From assembly GCA_041497655.1 (NCBI GenBank), contig JBGQGU010000001.1, positions 1 through 42,217 of the forward strand: DNA of 42,217 bases, read 5' to 3'. Made by a program: the position numbers and the translations under genes. Positions 26,190 through 33,170 of this stretch are shown piece after piece. The first letter of the stretch is position 1; each line of letters opens with the position of its first letter. The notes below the pieces were generated by a model that searched no databases, was not told the origin of the DNA, and worked only from the letters and a program-made list of their open reading frames with translations. Origin of the DNA: Gammaproteobacteria bacterium. Its GTDB lineage: Bacteria; Pseudomonadota; Gammaproteobacteria; Burkholderiales; SG8-41.

Positions 26190-28151
26190 TTAAATCAGGG
26201 CAGAGACAGCACCGACTATCTCCTCAAGTACAGGAACCCTATGACCTGCTTCATAAATGCTGTGTATTAACCGCGCCGCCGCTTCCGGATTTTTCAATGC
26301 CTTGGATGGTTCGCTATAGCCCAAATCGTCGGCAATCAATGCCCTTACCTCTTGGTAGTACTTCCCACCCACGGCGGCTTTGATTTCCATCTCCACATCA
26401 TCACCAAATACCGCCCATTCCTTGTTTACCTGAGTATTCGGAAAATCTACAACTGTAGCGTTCGCCAGTCTTTGCAATAATTGATTGGTTTGCGCCGTGG
26501 ACTTTTCATCTTTGTTTCCCTTCCCTTTGTGCTTGGAATCACCATCAAAGACAAAGTAAGTAGGAATCTCTAAACCACGGAACACAACAACTGGTCTATC
26601 AATCTTTGTCTTTCCTTCAGCCGGCACAATTACGATTCCGCGACGATCCCAGCCTTTCTTCATGATGTTCTGAAGGGCCCAGAAGATTCCAAACTCAGTT
26701 AACCCCTCCACAACAACAACAGAATCAGCGAAGAATCCTTCGTTAACAGTCGCATTCATTACCGGTATAGCATGAGCCAAGAAGGTATCGCCAGTGAATA
26801 GCTTTGGATCCTTTTGGCTGATAGCTGCCAGTCTTCCCGCTGCCTGATCTCTCGAGAACGCAGTAATCTTGCATTGGAGCGTCGGAACGTCCTTTGTGGG
26901 GATCTTGCGAGCAAGCCGCACTCGTTCAAAACGACCCAGATTGATGAAATACGGAGAGTGCGTCGCATAAAAGACTTGGGTACGAGCCTCCTCCGCCTTT
27001 GCAGACTTTATCGACAATTGGTCCAAGACAGAGGACAAGAATCTGCTTCGAGAAGGGTGTAGATAGAGTTCAGGCTCCTCGATTGCAAGGATGAGATCAG
27101 GCACACGAAACTTCTTGAGTTCCTCGACTTCGGCTTCGCCCTCAGCTTTCTGCTCCTTCTCGGGCGGTGATAAATCAGTCAGCGAAAGTTGTTGAAGCAA
27201 GGCGAGAACCAATGCCCTTTGCAATCCATGGCCAGAGTAGCTAATTGGAGATTTGAAATTGTCCTCGACTAGCGACGCGAGTGCCGTTGGCAATAAGATC
27301 TTGGGCGGAGTGACATCACCAAAGGCTAAATCAAGCTCAGCGCCTGGTGCGTATTGCGATAGTAACTTGGTGACCATCTTGGCAAGCTCTGTTAGTTCAG
27401 TGAGATTCTCTGCGCTGTATACGGCCTTTACTTTCTTTTCAAACTCTTCATTAAGCTCGCGTACGTCCTTTCTCGCATTCACGCTTCGTGCCACAAGGAC
27501 ATCAATCAGTTGAAGAATGACACCCTTTCTCTCGGTTTCCGACGTGGCATCACGAACGGCTGGAACTAATACAAATCTGGTGTAGTTATCAATCTTGCCT
27601 CCCCCAATATTCTTGGGCCCGAAGAATTGCTCCTCTCGTTGTGTTGGGACAAGCAATTGTGGATTCTTTTTCTCGAAGTCATCCATCAAAGCATTGGCTT
27701 CGGCGTCCGATTTTACGGTAGGCCCCAAGTCCGGATACTTCTTACTCTCGATGATCTCATTTAGTGCCTTGCGCTTTGGCAAGGCCGCCATCTTTCTGAG
27801 TTCGCTGAACTCCGCGATTTGTCCAGTAACCCCGAAATATTTTGCGCCGCCAGCATTTATCACCTTGGTTACCGTAAGCGTTTTTCCCGTCAAGTATGAC
27901 TTGAACTCGGCTAGCTCATCATCGCGCAATTCGCCGTAGGTAATCCGAATACTTATCTCCGACGTAGTGTCCTTGCCAAAGTAGTCGAATGCGTTCGCCA
28001 AGAAGCCAACGTCATAGAACGCCCCGATCGCCTTAAGTAGAGATGATTTGCCACTTCCATTTCGCCCCAGAATTGCAACAAGCTCATGACAATCAACGCC
28101 CACGTCCTTTAGTGAACGGAAATTTTTTACTTCAATGCGTTGAATAATCAA
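26190..28151 (-). CDS. ABC-type ATPase fused to a TOPRIM nuclease domain (OLD-family or fused PARIS AriA-AriB-like)
   Basis: N-terminal IEVKNFRSLKD...ILGRNGSGKSSLLKAI (Walker A), signature-like YSGHGLQRAL, Walker B/D-loop LILAIEEPELYLHP and H-loop FYATHSPYF. C-terminal TOPRIM: VVVVEGLTEFGIF (Glu) and YFVFDGDSKHKG (DxD). TTG start at 28151 is preceded by GAGGGAG. Visibly AT-richer than the neighbouring genes. Confidence 0.75.
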   Translation of the reverse strand: MIIQRIEVKNFRSLKDVGVDCHELVAILGRNGSGKSSLLKAIGAFYDVGFLANAFDYFGKDTTSEISIRITYGELRDDELAEFKSYLTGKTLTVTKVINAGGAKYFGVTGQIAEFSELRKMAALPKRKALNEIIESKKYPDLGPTVKSDAEANALMDDFEKKNPQLLVPTQREEQFFGPKNIGGGKIDNYTRFVLVPAVRDATSETERKGVILQLIDVLVARSVNARKDVRELNEEFEKKVKAVYSAENLTELTELAKMVTKLLSQYAPGAELDLAFGDVTPPKILLPTALASLVEDNFKSPISYSGHGLQRALVLALLQQLSLTDLSPPEKEQKAEGEAEVEELKKFRVPDLILAIEEPELYLHPSRSRFLSSVLDQLSIKSAKAEEARTQVFYATHSPYFINLGRFERVRLARKIPTKDVPTLQCKITAFSRDQAAGRLAAISQKDPKLFTGDTFLAHAIPVMNATVNEGFFADSVVVVEGLTEFGIFWALQNIMKKGWDRRGIVIVPAEGKTKIDRPVVVFRGLEIPTYFVFDGDSKHKGKGNKDEKSTAQTNQLLQRLANATVVDFPNTQVNKEWAVFGDDVEMEIKAAVGGKYYQEVRALIADDLGYSEPSKALKNPEAAARLIHSIYEAGHRVPVLEEIVGAVSALI

Positions 28152-28345
28152 GCGGTCACTCCCTCAGCCGCTTTAAACCGGTGTCAGACCACGGTATTGC
28201 CGCGTCCTTCGCGCTGCGTACTGAGCAAGCGGCGTCCCACAGGCGCTTTTCCAGTGTCTCGTTCGCAGCGTCTTTTCCGGTCGGAGCGACCCAGCGCATT
28301 TGCCTCCCCTTCCTCCCCTATTGTGAGCAAATTGTAGCGGACAAT

Positions 28346-28422
28346 CCTTAGGGGACAGCCACTAAGCCACGCGACGAACTGACGCGGACGACGCATTTTT
28401 TTGGATTCTTAGTCCCCTAAGG
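28346..28422. promoter_or_regulatory. 11-bp inverted repeat pair in the 320-bp leader upstream of the ATPase-TOPRIM gene
   Basis: CCTTAGGGGAC (28346-28356) and GTCCCCTAAGG (28412-28422) are perfect reverse complements 55 nt apart. A TACAAT hexamer on the minus strand (28331-28336) lies just downstream of the proximal arm in the direction of transcription. Confidence 0.35.
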
Positions 28423-28472
28423 GGAACTTCTACGGACCGCAATACGCAAAACCGGTCCAACACGTAGGCGGT

Positions 28473-29642
28473 TCAGTCCGCTTTCCGCTCTTCCTCGGTA
28501 TCGACTTGGTAGGCACGCCCAGGCTCGCCTTCAGAACTGCCGGCTGGGCCTGCGCCAACCCATACCGGACGAATCCGGATGAGCTTGCGCTCGGTGCGGC
28601 CGGGCCCGAAGGCCTGCCGCCGCCAGTGGCCGCGCCGCCAGTGCGCGGCAACGGTGCGGCCCGTGGCCGTTGCGCCTTCAAGCGGCGGCCGCTGGCCAAG
28701 CTCCTCGCCGAAAAGGCGTACGGGCGAATAGCCCATCGAGGATAGCTGCGAGAGCAGTTTTTTCTCCTGCTTTGAACCCTTCGCCGCACCTTCGAGCTTG
28801 GCCAGCATGCCTTTGGGGGCATCATCCGGCCATCGCGTCCTGCCTTGTCCGCCGGACTGGTCGATATAGATGAGCGCGTTGGCGACGATACGCAGGATCT
28901 GCGACGCCACCTCGCGCTGCCCACTGATGAGTTGCACGTTGCGCTCGATGTAATGCCTGTCGCTTTCGTCATCGGCCCGGGCGGTCTCCGGTGCGGTGTC
29001 GAGCTTGGAGAAATCCATCGATTGAGCGATTACGTCCTCAATTGGTAGTTCCTTTTGCCCCAATACCAGCGTCAGGCTCATGCCGCTAGCGCGTTCCTCG
29101 AGCCAGGCATGCCGGTACGGCGCGAAATCCGGCTGCGCGAGGCAGACGTTGACCTCGACCTGGCCCGGCTTGACCTCCTGCACGTACGCGCCCTCGGGAG
29201 AACCGTCCGGAAGCCGCAGCTCCGGCTGCGCACCCCAATGCAGGTAAATGACGGGAAACGGCAGCACGATGTCCCCGGCGAGAATCGCATCAACATCGGT
29301 ATGGAGAAATTCTTCGGCGAGCTCCGGGGTAAGCTCGAAAATCTGCTTGCCGTAGTACACGAAACGCGCATACCACGCGGCCATGGTCATCATGAGGCTG
29401 ACCTGGCGGTCGTAGCGGCGGGCTTCCGTCCTGCTCAATCCCATCTCGTCGAGCGCCTCGTCGTAATGCGCCATCGCCATCGGCCCCACGACCGGCACCA
29501 GGTTCTTGTAATGGAAAAAGACCGCGCCGCCCTCTTCCCTGCTCTTTTGCGCGTAGGCCTTGGTGAACTCCGACGCGAAAGGGCAGAGTTGCCGGAACCG
29601 CTCCGGGAAATACTTCGATTTGTCGTGACTCGCTTCGGCCAT
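28473..29642 (-). CDS. hypothetical protein, 389 aa, Arg-rich C-terminal motif
   Basis: Long ORF with coding-like composition and no family I recognise. The C-terminus reads TGRTVAAHWRRGHWRRQAFGPGRTERKLIRIRPVWVG, followed by an acidic tail. Confidence 0.55.
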   Translation of the reverse strand: MAEASHDKSKYFPERFRQLCPFASEFTKAYAQKSREEGGAVFFHYKNLVPVVGPMAMAHYDEALDEMGLSRTEARRYDRQVSLMMTMAAWYARFVYYGKQIFELTPELAEEFLHTDVDAILAGDIVLPFPVIYLHWGAQPELRLPDGSPEGAYVQEVKPGQVEVNVCLAQPDFAPYRHAWLEERASGMSLTLVLGQKELPIEDVIAQSMDFSKLDTAPETARADDESDRHYIERNVQLISGQREVASQILRIVANALIYIDQSGGQGRTRWPDDAPKGMLAKLEGAAKGSKQEKKLLSQLSSMGYSPVRLFGEELGQRPPLEGATATGRTVAAHWRRGHWRRQAFGPGRTERKLIRIRPVWVGAGPAGSSEGEPGRAYQVDTEEERKAD

Positions 29643-29843
29643 GCCGCCCAGTGTACATCCGACTCGCCCGCTGATGGGCGGCGCGGAATCCCTCTATTCG
29701 ACGCAGCCGTTCAAACCGGCGTGGACTTCGATAAGCGCCCCTAACAAAATGCCGTTTGCGTGCCCCCTCACCCTAACCCTCTCCCCCTGAACAGGGGGCG
29801 AGGGGATTTCATTTTGTTAGGCGCTCAAAGGGTATAGTTGGCC

Positions 29844-30365
29844 ATGGAGCTTCCAGCGAGTTACCGCAAGATCATCGATCCGCTGATAGCGACGGCCCGC
29901 GGATTTCTGGAGGCTGGACAATCCCTCGTGCCATTCGCTTTCGTGGGGAGCTTCTCGGCGGATCAGGCCATTCCGATAGAGATTAACACCAGGGACGATG
30001 AGTCGAAGGACCGATCGGCTCATGCGATCCGGACGGCCGCCGCCCAAGTAAACGCCGATTTCATTTTCACCATCATGGAAGCCTGGGGGCTGCCGAAGGA
30101 CAAGCTCCACCGTCATCAAGAGATCCTCGACCGCTACGGCGCGATCGCGAATTGCCCTTACAAGATCGATACCGTGAGCTTCGTCCTGGAAACCCGGCAC
30201 GGCATCTGGACAGCGCAGCTACCGATCACGCCGAAGGGCCCCGGCAAGAAGAAGCGGACGTTCGGCGCGCTGACGCTGCAATTCGTGGATGGCGCTGAAG
30301 GGCGATTCGCGGGATTGTTGTTGGTGCCAGATGACGCCCCATCAGGTGGTTCGCCGCTTCATTGA
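29844..30365 (+). CDS. hypothetical protein, about 173 aa
   Basis: ORF MELPASYRKIIDPLIATARGFLEAGQSLVPFAFVG...; no recognisable motif. It is followed 45 nt later by a strong intrinsic terminator. The ORF track starts at TTG 29838. Confidence 0.5.
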   Translation: MELPASYRKIIDPLIATARGFLEAGQSLVPFAFVGSFSADQAIPIEINTRDDESKDRSAHAIRTAAAQVNADFIFTIMEAWGLPKDKLHRHQEILDRYGAIANCPYKIDTVSFVLETRHGIWTAQLPITPKGPGKKKRTFGALTLQFVDGAEGRFAGLLLVPDDAPSGGSPLH

Positions 30366-30410
30366 ACGCAACGCAGCGTTCGCATCAAATGGGCCAGGCG
30401 CGAATTCCAT

Positions 30411-30445
30411 AATGAAAAAACGACCGCGAGGGTCGTTTTTTCATT
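30411..30445. terminator. bidirectional rho-independent terminator
   Basis: Perfect 15-bp inverted repeat AATGAAAAAACGACC / GGTCGTTTTTTCATT with a 5-nt loop (GCGAG). A GC core is flanked by an A6 run and a T6 run. Confidence 0.8.
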
Positions 30446-30458
30446 GGCGGAGAGGGTG
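30445..30458 (-). other. possible att remnant: tRNA-Ser-like 3' end fragment (CACCCTCTCCGCCA on the minus strand)
   Basis: TGGCGGAGAGGGTG reads on the minus strand as acceptor-stem 3' strand CCTCTCC + discriminator G + CCA, as in bacterial tRNA-Ser. The T-arm does not continue, so it is a fragment only. It sits between the terminator and the integrase promoter region. Confidence 0.3.
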
Positions 30459-30470
30459 TCCGTCATATCG

Positions 30471-30559
30471 AAGTGCCATGCCGTGCCGATAAGTGCCTAA
30501 CAGGTAGATTTCTCATAGGGAAAATGCGCCTACTGTATTGACAAGTGCCAGCAAGTGCC
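30471..30559 (+). repeat. four direct copies of AAGTGCC upstream of the integrase gene (candidate arm-type recombinase or Xis binding sites)
   Basis: AAGTGCC at 30471-30477, 30491-30497, 30543-30549 and 30553-30559, all in the same orientation. A perfect TTGACA at 30538-30543 overlaps the third copy. The palindrome CTCAGCAT-CCC-ATGCTGAG at 30559-30577 follows. Confidence 0.45.
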
Positions 30560-30608
30560 TCAGCATCCCATGCTGAGACGTGGGTAGAAACGTGGATAGG
30601 AGGTGAGC

Positions 30609-31820
30609 ATGGGACGTGAATTGCATCGGCTGTCAGCACGCAGGATAGCGAAGAAACAGCCGCGTGGGCAGTATTGCGACGGCGGGGGCCTTTATCTCCA
30701 AGTGAGCAAGTGGGGGACGAGATCCTGGTCCTTCCGCTACGGGGAAAAATACATGGGGCTCGGGCCTGTCCATACCGTGCCCCTCGTGAAAGCCCGAAAG
30801 CGCGCCGCCGAGTGCCGGGATCTGCTGCGTGATGGCATCGACCCCAAGGTCGCGCGCGATGCCAAGCTCAGCCAGGTAAAGCTCGATCAGGCCCACACGA
30901 TCAGCTTCCGCGAATCTGCCGAGAAGTATGTCGCGGCAAAGCGGGCGGGCTGGAAAAACGCAAAGCACGCCGAGCAGTGGAGCAACACCCTTGAGACCTA
31001 CTGCGGGCCCGTATTCGGAGCCCTGCCGGTTTCCGCTGTCGATAGCGCGCTTGTGCTGAAGGTCTTGGAGCCGATCTGGACCAGCAAACCCGAGACCGCG
31101 AGCCGGCTGCGCGCGCGAATCGAGAAAGTGCTTGATTGGGCGGCCGGCAGGAAATACCGTGCGGGCGAAAATCCGGCGCGCTGGCGCGGGCACCTGGAGC
31201 ACGAACTGGCCGCCCTCAACAAAAAACGGCGCGTGAAGCATCACCCCGCCCTGCCCTACGAGGAAATCGGCGCGTTCATGGAGCGGCTGCGCGCCCAGGA
31301 GGGCATCGCTGCACGTGCGTTGGAGTTCACGATCCTCAGCGCCGGGCGCACCGGAGAAGTGATCGGCGCGAAGCCGGGCGAGTTCGATCTGGCGAAAGCC
31401 GTCTGGACCGTCCCGGCCGAGCGCATGAAGGCCGGACACGAGCATCGTGTGCCGCTGTCGCCCCGTGCGGTGGCGATTGCCAAGGCACAGCCCGAGGGCG
31501 AGTACGTGTTCAGCGGCATGAAGGAAAAACAGCCGCTCTCGAACATGGCAATGCTGATGCTCTTGGAACGCATGAAGCGCGACGATCTGACCGTCCACGG
31601 CTTCCGCAGCTCATTCCGGGATTGGGCAGCCGAGCAGACCAACTATCCCCGCGAGGTCTGCGAAATGGCGCTGGCGCACGTCGTGCAGGGCGTCGAGGGC
31701 GACTACCGCCGCGGGGATTTATTCGAGAAGAGACGCCGGATGATGAACGAGTGGGCGAGATATTGCGAAACGCCAAAGCGCAGCGCGACTGTCACATCGA
31801 TCAGAAAGAAGAAAGCCTGA
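30609..31820 (+). CDS. tyrosine recombinase/integrase, P4-type (DUF4102 arm-binding N-domain)
   Basis: N-terminal GQYCDGGGLYLQVSKWGTRSWSFRY (DUF4102 pattern). Catalytic region has RTGEV, HEHRVPLS, HGFRSSFRDWAAE and LAHVV...YRRGD (R..H-x-x-R..Y). AGGAGG lies 5 nt before ATG 30609. Confidence 0.9.
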   Translation: MGRELHRLSARRIAKKQPRGQYCDGGGLYLQVSKWGTRSWSFRYGEKYMGLGPVHTVPLVKARKRAAECRDLLRDGIDPKVARDAKLSQVKLDQAHTISFRESAEKYVAAKRAGWKNAKHAEQWSNTLETYCGPVFGALPVSAVDSALVLKVLEPIWTSKPETASRLRARIEKVLDWAAGRKYRAGENPARWRGHLEHELAALNKKRRVKHHPALPYEEIGAFMERLRAQEGIAARALEFTILSAGRTGEVIGAKPGEFDLAKAVWTVPAERMKAGHEHRVPLSPRAVAIAKAQPEGEYVFSGMKEKQPLSNMAMLMLLERMKRDDLTVHGFRSSFRDWAAEQTNYPREVCEMALAHVVQGVEGDYRRGDLFEKRRRMMNEWARYCETPKRSATVTSIRKKKA

Positions 31821-31881
31821 GTCCGCAGCATCAGCCGCCTTTTTCCGGGCGGCTCTTAGTGTGGATTGAGTGGAGGGCGGG

Positions 31882-32262
31882 ATGAGCCAGGTAAAAAAGA
31901 TTTTGGAAAAGGCCAACAAGGCGCGGGTTGCGAGGGGGCTTGATCCCGTCAAGGGCGCTGGATTTGATTATCCGGCCGCCATTGAGAAACTTAAAAGTTT
32001 CGAGTACACGCCGAAAGAAATCGGGGATTGCATTGGCTGCAGTAAGCAGTACATCGGCAGGATCTGCAAGGGCGCGATCCCGAATCACATCATGGGCGAA
32101 CTGCTTTGTGGATTGATAAAAGAAGAATTCGGGCCGATCAGAGACAGGGATGGAAACCTCACGAACGCCCTGCCGTTGATCGAAGGCCAAGAGATCGGCG
32201 GGCGCGTCAGTTTAAAAAAGCCGGGCGTAAAGACGATTCGAGGAAAGGCCGGCGCTCGGTAA
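31882..32262 (+). CDS. hypothetical protein with probable helix-turn-helix
   Basis: YTPKEIGDCIGCSKQYIGRICKG resembles an HTH. RBS GGAGGGCGGG precedes ATG 31882. Confidence 0.45.
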   Translation: MSQVKKILEKANKARVARGLDPVKGAGFDYPAAIEKLKSFEYTPKEIGDCIGCSKQYIGRICKGAIPNHIMGELLCGLIKEEFGPIRDRDGNLTNALPLIEGQEIGGRVSLKKPGVKTIRGKAGAR

Positions 32263-32350
32263 ACTATAGTTACCGCGAGGTGCGCGCCACTGAATACGCA
32301 CCTATATTGCACTTCATTGGCACGCCTGTGCCGTTATCGTGGAGTGCGAA

Positions 32351-32632
32351 ATGCAAGCCTTGCCATTTCTATACCTCAGCATCATCGACATTCTCGCGGC
32401 GAGCCCGTACAAGTCGCGCTCGGGTCTCTACCGAGCAATTCGTACGGGCAAATTTCCCGCGCCCGACCATATCGAGGGAAAAGCGCGCTGGCGGTCTGAC
32501 CTCGTTTCGCAGCGATTAATCGAGATCGCGGCTCAAGCTGACGCCGAGCGCGAGCAGAACGCGAAGAAAGCCAGAGAACACGGGCAGATGATGCTGCGAG
32601 CCCGCCGGGATCACCAAGGCTACGCCGCATGA
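32351..32632 (+). CDS. AlpA-family transcriptional regulator/excisionase-like protein
   Basis: LSIIDILAASPYKSRSGLYRAIRTGKFPAPDHIEGKARWRSDLV matches the AlpA/phage_AlpA HTH pattern (tvyr.i..G.FP.P...g...v.W....v). Confidence 0.75.
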   Translation: MQALPFLYLSIIDILAASPYKSRSGLYRAIRTGKFPAPDHIEGKARWRSDLVSQRLIEIAAQADAEREQNAKKAREHGQMMLRARRDHQGYAA

Positions 32633-32765
32633 AATCGCTGACTGTCGGTGAGCCGCCGGGCGCTGACAAAAAAAATGGCGCCGCGGGGGAAACCGGGGCG
32701 CCCAAGGAATTCAGGCACAACTCGGATTCTACGCGCCGAGGGAGCTGCCCGCAACGGGGCCCGGC

Positions 32766-33170
32766 ATGAGCGCGTCGCAACCCAACAGCCCGCGGCTACG
32801 CCTTCCCGCCTTCGGGCGTGATTTGCTGGACCTCCGCGAGAAGGGCCTCGTGCCGAGGCCCGGTTGGTGCAACGCGAACGTCCTCATAGTTCTCGACTCC
32901 TGGACTATAGCCGCGGCGCGCTGGCACCTGGTCGTCAAACCAGATGACAATCCTGCGGAGTTGGATTTTCTCGGTTGCGCCGGCCTCGATTGCATCCTGA
33001 TTTACGATTCGCGGATCACGGACCGGCCGCGCCTGCGGGCGGCGGCGCGCTCAGTGCTGCGTCGCAAACCTTCGTCCTTGGCCGCTTTCGATGTGGTGGT
33101 CCCGCATCGCGTGGAACTTATCAAGTCGCACAAGGTGGGCGTCGAACTCGCGGAGTTCGCCGATGGCTAA
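32766..33170 (+). CDS. hypothetical protein coupled to the primase gene
   Basis: 134-aa ORF whose stop (33168-33170) overlaps the start of the next gene (ATG 33163). No recognisable motif. Confidence 0.45.
   Translation: MSASQPNSPRLRLPAFGRDLLDLREKGLVPRPGWCNANVLIVLDSWTIAAARWHLVVKPDDNPAELDFLGCAGLDCILIYDSRITDRPRLRAAARSVLRRKPSSLAAFDVVVPHRVELIKSHKVGVELAEFADG

Larger units (their letters stand above)
16979..30455. other. defence/cargo island between the core catabolic operon and the integrase-led element
   Basis: The gene content switches from metabolism to restriction, nuclease, NADase-like and orphan genes. Stretches are visibly AT-richer (notably 26190-28151 and 18370-19086). The block is bracketed by short tRNA-Ser-3'-end-like 10-mers in inverted orientation. 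Confidence 0.5.

Noticed and set aside
26190-28151. Gabija (GajA) or Septu (PtuA) assignment for the ATPase-TOPRIM gene
   Set aside because: No GajB-like UvrD helicase or PtuB-like HNH gene is adjacent; the neighbours are a WYL-like mini-protein and hsdM. I kept the call as OLD/PARIS-like only.
30445-30530. Possible complete minus-strand tRNA-Ser beginning at TGGCGGAGAGG
   Set aside because: After the 7-nt acceptor strand the sequence (GTGTCCGTCATATCG...) lacks the GGTTCGAATCC-type T-arm and the rest of a cloverleaf. Only a 3'-end fragment is present.
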